The notes under the pieces were generated by a model. The model ran no database searches. It was not told the origin of the DNA and was given only the letters and a program-made list of their open reading frames with translations. A stretch of DNA of 64,000 bases from Candidatus Poribacteria bacterium (lineage in GTDB: Bacteria > Poribacteria > WGA-4E > UBA9662). This document shows, one piece after another, positions 53,059 through 63,800 of the stretch. The position numbers and the translations under genes were made by a program. The stretch is from contig JAYZAL010000021.1 of assembly GCA_036339735.1 (NCBI GenBank), forward strand, positions 1 through 64,000, given 5' to 3'. Each line of letters starts with the position of its first letter. Position 1 is the stretch's first letter.

Positions 53059-54423
53059 ATGGTTAGTAATAACGAATGGAATGGAACTTGGGACTATCGT
53101 CCACGTAATATCGTGGTAATCCAGGTTGATGATCTGGCCTGGCATCAACTTGGATGTCAAAATCCAAATTCATTTTACGAGACACCTAATCTGGATAATT
53201 TGGCCCAAAGAGGGTGGCGATTTTCCCAAGCTTATAGTGCGGCACCCATTTGCTCCGCTTCTCGAGCTGGCTTAATGACTGGTGTTTCACCGGCGAAGTT
53301 GGGACTAGAGTTCGTCACTAAACCTAGTCGCGCTTCATTTCCTACTCATACCAAACTCATTCAACCTTCTTACTCTCAAGAACTTCCCTTCTCAACTCCT
53401 ACCTTAGGTGATTGTTTGTCTGAGGCTGGTTATAATACTGGGTTTGTTGGCAAATGGCACTTAACCCAAAATGGGTCATCTTACCTAGCTTACGGAGATG
53501 AAAATGGGCCCGAACAAAGAGGGTTCACTTGGAGCCAAGGCCAATTTGGGGCTCACCCGTACGCTTACAGTGATCGAGATCTGAAAGAATATGAGCCGGG
53601 GATATTTCCTGCCGATGACAGCTCACAAGCTGCAGTTCAATTTATTCGTGATAATTCTAGTCGCCCTTTTTACCTTCATTTCTCGAGTTACTTCCCGCAT
53701 GTTCCCTTACACACTCCATGCAAATGGCTGTTTGAAAAATATCAATCCAAGAATTCATCACTCACCAAAGAACAAATTTTCTATGCCGCTATGGTGGAGA
53801 GTATGGATCACTATATTGGACATATATTTCAAGAGCTTGAGTACCAAAATCTATCTTCTGAAACCATGATCATTTTTACCAGTGATCACGGAGGAGATCC
53901 TAGGCACGATACCAACTGTCCTCACCGCGGAAGCAAATGGACCTTATATGAAGGAGGGATTCGAGTTCCATTTATGATTAGCTGGCCAGAAGTCTTGAAG
54001 CCAGAAATGATCTGTAACGATCCAATCGGAGGTATTGACTTGATGTCAACCCTTTGTGATTTGGTCAATCTGGTTCCGCCAAAAGGGCAAGACGGAACCT
54101 CACTGCTTCCATTGCTGGGTGGTACAGGTGACATTGACCGATCAACCCCACTGTTTTGGCATTTTCCTTTCTACCATCCAAGCACAGGCTATCAAGGGAC
54201 GACTCCCTGTTCCGCCATCCGAGTTCAGAATTGGAAATTGATCCATTTTTTCGAAGACCAACGATCTGAACTATATAACTTGGAAGTAGATGTGATGGAG
54301 TGCGAAGATTTATCGCGCCACGAATCCAAGGTTAGTATTGACTTAGAAGGCCAATTGTTATCAATTTTACAGCGTAGAGGGGCGAGGCTTCCACGTCATA
54401 ACCCGGAGTATTTAAGTTTTTAA
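53059..54423 (+). CDS. Cys-type (formylglycine) sulfatase
   Basis: NIVVIQVDD, CSASRAGLMTG, GKWH, PHVP, SDHGG, K.TLYEGG.RVP, ELYNL..D..E. Confidence 0.92.
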   Translation: MVSNNEWNGTWDYRPRNIVVIQVDDLAWHQLGCQNPNSFYETPNLDNLAQRGWRFSQAYSAAPICSASRAGLMTGVSPAKLGLEFVTKPSRASFPTHTKLIQPSYSQELPFSTPTLGDCLSEAGYNTGFVGKWHLTQNGSSYLAYGDENGPEQRGFTWSQGQFGAHPYAYSDRDLKEYEPGIFPADDSSQAAVQFIRDNSSRPFYLHFSSYFPHVPLHTPCKWLFEKYQSKNSSLTKEQIFYAAMVESMDHYIGHIFQELEYQNLSSETMIIFTSDHGGDPRHDTNCPHRGSKWTLYEGGIRVPFMISWPEVLKPEMICNDPIGGIDLMSTLCDLVNLVPPKGQDGTSLLPLLGGTGDIDRSTPLFWHFPFYHPSTGYQGTTPCSAIRVQNWKLIHFFEDQRSELYNLEVDVMECEDLSRHESKVSIDLEGQLLSILQRRGARLPRHNPEYLSF

Positions 54424-54518
54424 TTTATATATGAGTTTTGTTTGTAATACGGATCTTTACTGACTTTATCTATTTTACTTTTTTTAGAATATAGCCACAT
54501 TATTTTTGATAACTGATA

Positions 54519-55598
54519 ATGAAACCATCTTCAATCCAGAAGCTAGATCCAAATTTCAGAACCACTGACTCTCAAACAGGTCTTGATTGGTATGATGCAC
54601 AGATACTTGGTGTTAGAGGTCAAGGTTGGTCAGAGACTCAACGGTCTTACGCTCGATTACCAGCTAAAGCTGAATCTCTGGTTCGAGAACCTGTCTGGCA
54701 ATTAGCTCAACATTCTGCTGGTCTCTACGTAGGCTTCATTACTTCTTCAAAAACTATTGATGTTCGATGGCAGCTATGGAGTGAAGACCTATCTATGCCT
54801 CACATGCCTGCGACTGGCGTCTCCGGACTCGATCTTTACATCAAAGACCCAAATCGACCTGGAGGATCATGCTACCACTGGCTTGGTTCTTGTCATCCAC
54901 AGAGTTTCCCACATAACCAAATTCAACTGGTGAGCCAACTAAATGATCAAGCCAACGAATTCCGGATATATCTTCCACTTTATAATGGAATAGAAAAGAT
55001 CGAAATCGGAGTCGAAACAGATGCGATTGTTGAAACACCACCTATAGACGTGAATCCACCAATTGTTATCTACGGTACTAGTATCGTTCAAGGTGGATGT
55101 GCTTCTCGTCCAGGCATGTCGTATCCGGCGATCATCGGTCGTTTTCTTGATAGGACTATTATTAACCTTGGTTTTTCGGGCAATGGTCAAGCAGAAGAAG
55201 AAATGGCTGATCTGTTAGCCGAGCTTAATCCATCGGTATATGTCCTAGATTATTGCCCAAATCTGGATAAGGAAAGAATCTGCCATCGGACTGAGCCATT
55301 CGTAAACATTTTGAGGAATGTTCATCCAGACATACCTATCGTATTAGTAGAGAACATTACATATCAAAATCAGCCTTATGTTTCATCTATCAATCAGACT
55401 AATATTGAGAAAAATCTGGAATTGCGAGCAGCCTATAATAGAATGCGTGCCGATGGAATCAAGCACCTACTTTATATCCGAGGTGATCAGTTGCTGGGAA
55501 GCGATGGAGAAGCTACTGTAGATGGAATCCACCCGACAGATTTGGGATTTATCAGAATAGCCGAATCTATTACTCCAATACTATCATCTTTACTTTAA
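54519..55598 (+). CDS. SGNH/GDSL hydrolase with N-terminal GxDLY domain
   Basis: SGLDLY, YGTSIVQG, NLGFSGNG, DGIHPTDLG. Confidence 0.9.
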   Translation: MKPSSIQKLDPNFRTTDSQTGLDWYDAQILGVRGQGWSETQRSYARLPAKAESLVREPVWQLAQHSAGLYVGFITSSKTIDVRWQLWSEDLSMPHMPATGVSGLDLYIKDPNRPGGSCYHWLGSCHPQSFPHNQIQLVSQLNDQANEFRIYLPLYNGIEKIEIGVETDAIVETPPIDVNPPIVIYGTSIVQGGCASRPGMSYPAIIGRFLDRTIINLGFSGNGQAEEEMADLLAELNPSVYVLDYCPNLDKERICHRTEPFVNILRNVHPDIPIVLVENITYQNQPYVSSINQTNIEKNLELRAAYNRMRADGIKHLLYIRGDQLLGSDGEATVDGIHPTDLGFIRIAESITPILSSLL

Positions 55599-55973
55599 AT
55601 CACTGATTTATTCCAGCTCACCGCCGACCTCATACTGAGTAGAAGGTAGGCTAGACGTGTGGAGTTCAGGTGTAGAATTCGCTTTCAACTGACAAGATTT
55701 CTTGACTGCTGGTTAAAGTGTCTAATTAGCAGATCAATTCCGAATTTATTTTATCAACCTTTATTTCCTGTCGCTAATAACTTACAGCTAATAATCGTAA
55801 GTTTAGTTCACTCAACAAAGTATGATATCTGGGCTAATCAGAGGCATATTCTATTTTTACTTAGTTAATAATTTTTACGATGGTCGTACCATCTTACTGT
55901 CATGAAGTTTCCCCCAAATAATCGGAGGGGTTCTAAGATGCCAATAACTTTCATCAAACTATTTACACAATAA

Positions 55974-57875
55974 ATGCATATCCGTTGGCGAGCAATATTA
56001 ACTGGACTACTTCTAATTCCACTTAACTCGTTCTGGATTATACAGATGGAAGCTGTTTATTACTCAGCTCATTCAACTACATTTTCCCTGTTCTTCAATT
56101 CTGTTTGTAGTTTGCTAATACTGTTAGTTGGAAACAGTATATTGAAAAAAACATGTTACCGGTACGCATTGAACCCTGCAGAATTGATTACGATCTTTGT
56201 GATGCTGAATCAAGGATCCGCCTTGATTGGGCATAGCATGTTGCAAATTTTACCAGCTACCATAGCTGCACCATTCGGTCTAGCTACAACAGAAAATGAA
56301 TGGATAGAATTATTTGCCTCCCGTGTACCAAGTTGGCTACTGGTCAGTGAACCGTCCGCTTTGGATAGCTATATTACAGGAGGAAAGACTGAATCATCTC
56401 TTTACCTAGAAGGTAATTTTCAGGCTTGGCTGCTTCCAGCTCTTACTTGGTCTATTTTTATCTGCTTGCTAATTTTTATCATGCTCTGCATCAACACGAT
56501 TCTTAAGAAGCACTGGATGCAAAATGAAAGGCTAAGGTTTCCCATCACTCAGTTACCGAATGAAATGATTAATCCCCAGAGTCTCTTATTCAAAAACAAA
56601 TTCTTCTGGATTAGCTGTGGCACTATTAGCCTAGTGAATATTGTTAATGGATTTCACTTTTTTGTACCAGTGGTTCCAAGCTTTCGGATTGTACCTTACG
56701 ATCTTGGTATGCTATTTACCACTAAACCATGGGATGCAATTGGCTACATGCCTTTTACTATTCGCCCATTTCTAGTTGGCCTTATCTTTCTTATTCCCTT
56801 AGATATCACTTTTTCTTGTTGGTTCTTCTTCTTTTTTTGGAAAGCTCAACTAGTTATCGGTAGCGCTTTAGGTCAAGTTCAAAGACCGGAATTTCCAGAA
56901 CAAAGTGCCGGTGCTTATATTGCGTTATGCGTTATTGCAATCTGGATGGCAAAAAAACATATTGTAATAATTTTGAAATCATTAATAGTAGGACCTGCTG
57001 GTAAGTTGGATTCATACCAGAATGCGGAGCCAATTGAATATAGAATTGCAGTTATCGGTGGAGTGATTGGTTTTATATTTATTCTATTATTTTGTTCTTG
57101 GGCAGGAATGTCAATCTGGGTCGCAGCTCTATTCTTCATCTTATACTTAATGACAGCTATAGGGGTGACACGTGTTCGAGCCGAAGTAGGTTCTCCTATC
57201 CACGATTTACATTTTGCCGGACCAGAATACCTAATTATTAATTTGTTAGGCACAAAGAGACTTGGGTTAGGTAATTTATCCATTTTCCCATTCTTTTGGT
57301 TTTTGACACGTGCTCATTATAGTGATGTGATGCCTCATCAATTGGAAGGTTTTAAACTAGCTCATGAAGCGAAAGGATACAATCAACGGTTTGTATTAGC
57401 TCTATTGAGTGCAACCGTTTTTGGTACAGTCGTAGCTTTTTGGATTATATTAGACTCTAGTTATCGACATACTGAGCCGGTAATGTCTTGGGCGGGAAAT
57501 GAATCGTTCTTGCGTTTAGCTCGATGGATTTCACACCCAGAACCGCCTAATATAAAAGGGATATTTCTCTTTTTCTATGGTTTTCTATTTGGAATCCTGA
57601 TTATGTTTATGCGGACTCAGTTTTTATGGTGGACCTTACACCCTGCAGGGTATGCAGTTTCAAGTACGTATGGAATGCGAGATTACTGGTCTATATTCGT
57701 TCTGGTTTGGCTGATTAAGTGGTTAATTTTAAAAATAGGGGGTCTTAAATTACATCGGCGACTTTTACCTATTTTTTATGGTTTAATAATCGGTGAGTTT
57801 GCTGTGGGCGGTTTTTGGGCCCTATTCGGAATTGTATTCAGAAAACAGACTTTTAATTTTACGGCATGGTGGTAG
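55974..57875 (+). CDS. DUF6785/DUF6784-type polytopic membrane protein (putative transporter)
   Basis: Many TM helices; W...ERL.FP, TR.RAE.G.P.HDLH..GP, LHPAGYA, GG.KL.RR..P.F.GL..GE. Confidence 0.7.
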   Translation: MHIRWRAILTGLLLIPLNSFWIIQMEAVYYSAHSTTFSLFFNSVCSLLILLVGNSILKKTCYRYALNPAELITIFVMLNQGSALIGHSMLQILPATIAAPFGLATTENEWIELFASRVPSWLLVSEPSALDSYITGGKTESSLYLEGNFQAWLLPALTWSIFICLLIFIMLCINTILKKHWMQNERLRFPITQLPNEMINPQSLLFKNKFFWISCGTISLVNIVNGFHFFVPVVPSFRIVPYDLGMLFTTKPWDAIGYMPFTIRPFLVGLIFLIPLDITFSCWFFFFFWKAQLVIGSALGQVQRPEFPEQSAGAYIALCVIAIWMAKKHIVIILKSLIVGPAGKLDSYQNAEPIEYRIAVIGGVIGFIFILLFCSWAGMSIWVAALFFILYLMTAIGVTRVRAEVGSPIHDLHFAGPEYLIINLLGTKRLGLGNLSIFPFFWFLTRAHYSDVMPHQLEGFKLAHEAKGYNQRFVLALLSATVFGTVVAFWIILDSSYRHTEPVMSWAGNESFLRLARWISHPEPPNIKGIFLFFYGFLFGILIMFMRTQFLWWTLHPAGYAVSSTYGMRDYWSIFVLVWLIKWLILKIGGLKLHRRLLPIFYGLIIGEFAVGGFWALFGIVFRKQTFNFTAWW

Positions 57876-58172
57876 GATTGCTTAGATGATCAAGACGAAA
57901 AAGTCTGAATTTTCTTATTTATAAAAAAACCAGTACATAACAATACTAATGATCAGTTTAAAACAGATAAGAATCAAAATTAATCCAATATTCAGGCTGT
58001 TTGTGAAATTGAGTTTCAAAGATCCGTATGCTTGCGCCGGATGTTGATATTATCAGGGTTCATCTTCCAAGATTAGGCAGTTATTTAACTTACGATAGTA
58101 GCATTAAATATAAATAATTATTTTTAGTCAGAAGCACTTGATAAATTTGAACAGATTAGAAAGGATACAAAA

Positions 58173-59156
58173 ATGACTCAATCAATTCGGTGGGGTATTT
58201 TAAGTACAGGTAGAATTGCTCATCAGTTTGCCAACGGTTTGAACGATTTACCAGATACTGAACTGGTAGCGGTAGGATCTCGTTCGGTCAAGAGTGCCAA
58301 TATCTTCGCTGACCAATTCAATATTCCCAATCGTTATGGCAGTTACGAAGAATTAGTTCGGGATCCAAATATTGATGTCATCTACATTGCTACACCCCAT
58401 AATTTGCACAAAGATAACATGATGATGTGCTTAGAATCAGGAAAAGCCGTACTTTGTGAAAAGCCGTTTACCATCAATCAACAAGAAGCAAAATCCGTGA
58501 TACAAATGGCTAGAAAGAAAAAAATATTCGTAATGGAAGCCATGTGGACTCGATTCTTACCGCATATTATTAAAGTCCAAGAAATGATCTCAGAAGGGCT
58601 CATTGGCGAACCCCGTATACTACAGGCTAGTGTTGGGTTTCAGAAACAATTTGATCCCGTAGGTCGGCACTTTAACCCTAAATTAGCGGGAGGAGCACTA
58701 ATTGATGTTGGTATTTACGCCACAACCCTTTCCTATTTAATTTTTGGACAACCAGCTCATATTAAAAGTTTTGGCAATCTATCTTCAGCCGGTGTCGATC
58801 AGGAAGGAGTCATTACATTTCAGCATGAGAATGGACAACTAACCTATTTCTCTACCACCATTTTATATCATATGCCCCGAGATGCTACCATCATCGGTAG
58901 TAAAGGAAGCATTTATATCCATCCAGACTTTTGGCATCCTTCACAGATTTCTCTTCGGTTGAATAATGAACCAGAAAGATTGATTGATGTTCCTTGTCCT
59001 CTTAATGGCTATCATTATCAAGTCTTGGAAGTTAACGATTGCATTAGGCAAAAAAAAGAGGAGTCGAAAATTATGCCCTTGGATGAGACTCTAACCGTAT
59101 TGGGTATCCTAGACGAAATTCGTAATCAATGGGGCCTAAAGTACCCGATGGAATAA
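58173..59156 (+). CDS. Gfo/Idh/MocA oxidoreductase (dihydrodiol/xylose dehydrogenase-like)
   Basis: WGILSTGRIA, YIATPH, LCEKP, EAMWTRF, GGALIDVGIY. Confidence 0.92.
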   Translation: MTQSIRWGILSTGRIAHQFANGLNDLPDTELVAVGSRSVKSANIFADQFNIPNRYGSYEELVRDPNIDVIYIATPHNLHKDNMMMCLESGKAVLCEKPFTINQQEAKSVIQMARKKKIFVMEAMWTRFLPHIIKVQEMISEGLIGEPRILQASVGFQKQFDPVGRHFNPKLAGGALIDVGIYATTLSYLIFGQPAHIKSFGNLSSAGVDQEGVITFQHENGQLTYFSTTILYHMPRDATIIGSKGSIYIHPDFWHPSQISLRLNNEPERLIDVPCPLNGYHYQVLEVNDCIRQKKEESKIMPLDETLTVLGILDEIRNQWGLKYPME

Positions 59157-59293
59157 ATGGCCAGCCTAATCTACCAATCTAGATTAGACTAATTGCAGGA
59201 TCTTTTTTTAATAAGTAACACATTCATTAACTTCAGATAAATTTTTTAGCCAGAAATAAAAAAACCTTTTAATGGTTTTTAATTAAGGTATAG

Positions 59294-60733
59294 ATGATGA
59301 ACATAATCTGCATTTGTTTGGATACGTTTCGAGCGGACATAATAGGTGAAGGGAAAAAATATAGCCACACCCACACTCCTAATCTCGATCTATTTGCATC
59401 TGAAAGCATAAATTTCACTCAGGCCTTTGGAGAAGGACAACCGACGTTACAGATTCGTCGTGGGTTATTTACCGGACAGCGTACTTTTCCCTGGAGATAT
59501 AACTTTGATCGCCGTGGGCATTGGCACCATGCGCCAGGTTGGCACAAAATTCCGCCAGAGCAAGATACAATAGCTGAAGTCTTACTGCAAAACGGGTACC
59601 TGACAGCCTGCATCTCTGATACGTATCATATGTTTAAACCCACCATGAATTTTTCACGTGGTTTTGCTCATTTAGATTTTATTCGTGGCCAGGAGTCTGA
59701 TAATTGGCGAAGTGGGAACCCTCGACTAGTTGAAGATCAATTGAGAAAAATCGTCCGCGAGCCAATCAATTGGTCAAAGCATACTGGACTAATCAACTAT
59801 TTACTGAATCAGCGTCATCGTCGTTCAGAAGATGATTATAGCTGTGCACGTGTATTTCAATCAGCTTGTGATTGGCTCATAGACAATCATCAAGTTGGTC
59901 CTTTTTTCTTGTGGATCGATAGTTTTGATCCACACGAACCTTGGGATCCTCCTCAAAAATACGCAGATTTGTACTATTCAGATTATTCAGGTAAAGATTT
60001 TATTAATCCAGGTGCGGCCAGAGAAGGTGATGGACCGACTGATGAAGAACTTCGGCGCATCGAAGCTCTGTACTTGGGTGAGGTAACATTTGTAGATCAA
60101 TGTATTGGCAGATTATTATCTCAAGTTGAAACTTTGAAATTGAAGGATGAGACCATTATTTTTGTTCTGTCAGATCATGGTACCCAGCTAAGAGATCAAG
60201 GGAATTTCGGTAAAAGTTCACGAGAACTTCACCCATTCAATACTCAAATAAATTTACTAGTGCGACATCCCGGAGGGCCTCGTAATCACTCAGTTTCATC
60301 ATTTGTCCAAAATCACGATCTAATGCCGACAATACTTGGCCAATTAGGAATTCCTTGTGCTTGGACGGATGGTCAAGATATTTGGCCTTTGGTAACGGGA
60401 CAGGTGGATTCAATTCGTGATCGGGTTATTACCTCTTGGGCCGATTTTTCAGTAGGAAATGCCCGAGGTCGTGTCAGTGTAAGAGATAAGCAATGGAATT
60501 TTTGTACATCCGTGGGTTACGAAGATGAAAATGGAGATGAACTGTTTGACCTAAATACGGATAGTGAAGAAGTCCATAATGTAGCAATTCAACATCCTGA
60601 TTTAGTAGCCAGCTATCGTTCAGAAATTGAGTCTCTGTTGGGACAACCATTACCGGGCAAATTAGTCGAGGTTTGCGATCCAGCCTCTGGCCCCATGGTA
60701 ACTTGGCTAGAAAAGAAACTCCAAGAATTTTGA
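59294..60733 (+). CDS. Sulfatase-like (alkaline phosphatase superfamily) hydrolase with Thr at the nucleophile position
   Basis: NII.ICLD..RAD, TPNLD, PTLQIRRGLFTG, FDPHEPWDPP, SDHG, ELFDL..D..E..N. Confidence 0.85.
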   Translation: MMNIICICLDTFRADIIGEGKKYSHTHTPNLDLFASESINFTQAFGEGQPTLQIRRGLFTGQRTFPWRYNFDRRGHWHHAPGWHKIPPEQDTIAEVLLQNGYLTACISDTYHMFKPTMNFSRGFAHLDFIRGQESDNWRSGNPRLVEDQLRKIVREPINWSKHTGLINYLLNQRHRRSEDDYSCARVFQSACDWLIDNHQVGPFFLWIDSFDPHEPWDPPQKYADLYYSDYSGKDFINPGAAREGDGPTDEELRRIEALYLGEVTFVDQCIGRLLSQVETLKLKDETIIFVLSDHGTQLRDQGNFGKSSRELHPFNTQINLLVRHPGGPRNHSVSSFVQNHDLMPTILGQLGIPCAWTDGQDIWPLVTGQVDSIRDRVITSWADFSVGNARGRVSVRDKQWNFCTSVGYEDENGDELFDLNTDSEEVHNVAIQHPDLVASYRSEIESLLGQPLPGKLVEVCDPASGPMVTWLEKKLQEF

Positions 60734-60842
60734 TGGCCTAAAAATTACACTATCAAGCTAAGATTTTCTCTTTAGGCGAGAGATTAATTTAGTTAAAATA
60801 AACGACACCAAGTTTCAACTTCTAGTATTTGGGTTTACACAA

Positions 60843-63800
60843 ATGCAAACTTTTACCGATTTATCAGAAGCTCTGGTAAAAAAAGATAAAGTTCAGGTTC
60901 TCGATTTAAGTAATCAGGGCTTAAATCAAGTCCCGATCGAGATTGGCCAGCTGACTAACCTGACATACTTACACTTGGGAGGCAACCAAATTGGAGAACT
61001 TCCACCTGAAATCTTTCGACTTATTAACCTGACTGAGCTTCGAGTAGGAGAAAACCGGATTAACAAGATTCCATATGAAATCGGTCAGCTGACTAATTTG
61101 ACGCACTTGCATTTGGGAGGTAACCAAATTGAAGAACTTCCACCTGAAATCTTTCGACTTATTAACCTGACTTATTTACACTTGGGACGGAACCAAATTG
61201 AAGAACTTCCATCTGGAATCAGTCAACTAGTTAATCTGACGTACTTACATTTACATACAAAGGTAGTCCCATCCGAAATTGGTCAACTAATTAATCTTAA
61301 GCACTTATACTTGGATACAGAAGTGGTTCCATCTGGAATTGGTCAACTAATTAATCTGACGTACTTACATTTACATACAAAGGTAGTCCCATCCGAAATT
61401 GGTCAATGTACTAATCTGATGCATCTGCGTTTAGGAGGCAACCAAATTGAAGAAATTCCACCTGAAATTGGTCAATTAACTAACCTAACTGAATTTAAAG
61501 CGGAAAGACACCAAATCAAGGGCATTCCATCCGAAATTGGACAATTGTCCAATCTGATGTATTTGCATTTGGGAGACAACCAAATTAAAGAGATTCCGCC
61601 TGAAATTGGTCAATTAACCAATCTAACTGAATTTAGAATACAAGGAAACCAGATTAAGGTCATACCGCCCGAAATTAGACAGTTGGCTAATCTGACTTAT
61701 TTACATTTGGGACGGAACCAAATTGAAGAAATTCCGCCTGAAATCGGCCGACTGGCAAAATTGAATATTCTTAGACTGCCATTTAATCAGATCAAAGTCA
61801 TTCCCGCTGAAATTGGTCAACTAACTAATCTAGTTGAATTTAGAATAGGACAAAATCAGATTGAGGAGCTTCCACCGGAAATCGGTCAACTAACCAGTCT
61901 GGCCATATTCGGTGCGGGATCTAACCAAATCGAGAAGATTCCGCCTGAAATCGGTCAAATAGAAAGCCTGCATGTTCTTAGATTGACGTCTAACCAAATC
62001 AAGGAGCTTCCGCCTGAAATTGGCCAACTAACCAGTTTGATGTTGATATCTTTGGAAAACAATCAAGTTCAAACGATTCCACCCGAATTTGGCCAGCTAG
62101 GTCACTTACTCGAACTAAATCTTTGGAATAATATAGTAGACGTTATTCCTTCTAAAATTGGGTGCCTGACTAAACTGACAAGTCTCGAACTAGGAAGTAA
62201 CCGAATCACATTCATTCCTTCAAATATCACTCAGCTCAAACAATTGACCGATTTACATTTGTCATTTAACCAAATTAGGGAGCTACCTAAAGACCTATTC
62301 CAAATGGCTAAACTGGAAGTCTTAAGTGTAGAATCAAATTCAATCCAATCTTTACCTGATGAAATAAAAAATCTAAAGCGACTTAGAATCTTAAATCTGA
62401 AAGATAATAACTTAACTAGTCTACCAAACGAAATCGATCAACTGACTAACTTACAGGCTCTGAATCTAAGCCAAAATCGATTGTATCAACTAACAGAAAA
62501 AATTACTGACTTGTCCAGCCTAAAACAACTTTCTTTGGACCAAAATAATATACGGTTTTTGCCTTTATCAATTGAGAATTTAGTTGACCTGAAACGACTT
62601 CACTTAGGTGGAAATCTTTTAAAACAATTACCAATTGAGTTGGGTAAATTAACATGTTTAACAGAATTGGATTTAAGTGAAAATAGAATCTACGAGTTAC
62701 CTGTGGAAATCGGAGATCTAAAAAGTCTGGTTTCGTTAAATCTGAGCCAAAACTATCTAGATGCTATACCATCATCGATTCTTGACTTACGCCAATTAGA
62801 AAATCTTAATTTAGAAGGAAATGTTAGAGATGACATTGTGACGGACTTTGGTAAATTATTGACCTACCGACAGCAAATGGAACACGCTCTGGAACAATCA
62901 AGAATTTCTCAAAAAGAGGCAGAAATTGCGAATCAAGCTAAAAGTCAATTTCTGTCTCAAATGAGTCATGAAATTAAAACTCCCATGAATGGTGTCATTG
63001 GTTCTCTAAACTTAATGAGTGAAGAAAAATTAGACACAGAAGAACAACAACATCTACAACGGGCGAAGAGGTCAGGACAACACTTACTGAGTGTAATCAA
63101 CGAAATTCTGCAGTTTTCTGCTTTAGAAGAAGGGTCAATAACTTATCAACAGTACCCATTTAACTTAGTTGAGACTTGTCAGCGAGTGTTAGACATGCTT
63201 TTGCCTCTATCTCAGCAAAAAAACTTGGACTTACAACTGAATTACCCATCTACAATAGTAGGAGACTGGATAGGAGATGAGCAAAAGATTAAACAGGTTT
63301 TGGTCAATCTTTTGGGTAATGCTATCAAGTTTACGGCTGAAGGAGAAGTCCAGCTAAAACTGAAACACGTTAATTATGGTATCAGAATAGAAGTGATTGA
63401 TACGGGAATTGGTATTGCCCAACAACAAATAGAAACTATTTTTGAATCCTTTAGACAAGTAAGTCAAGGGACAAGTCGCCGATTTAGTGGGACTGGTCTG
63501 GGCTTGACCATCAGTCAACAATTTGTCGAGGGAATGGGTGGTCAAATAGGAGTAAATAGTCAACTAAATCAAGGGTCAACGTTCTGGTTAGAGATACCTT
63601 GCAAAAAATCCGAGTCAAAATCGAAAGTATCAGAGATATCGATTAGACCCAACAAATTGGGTGTCTATACTGGTAAAAAAGTTCTGATAGTAGATGATGA
63701 GTTTATCAATCGAGAAATAGTAACCAGGTATTTAGAAAGATTGGGATTTAGTGTCGATCAGGCAGTGGAGGGAGAAGACTGCTTGAAGCAATTTAAATTA

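Noticed and set aside
60900-62823. Periodic ~69-nt DNA repeats as a CRISPR array or DGR
   Set aside because: They are in-frame coding LRRs. There are no cas genes, no reverse transcriptase and no adenine-specific TR/VR pair in the window.
63354-63563. 69-aa minus-strand ORF in the track
   Set aside because: Antisense shadow of the HATPase domain of the LRR kinase.
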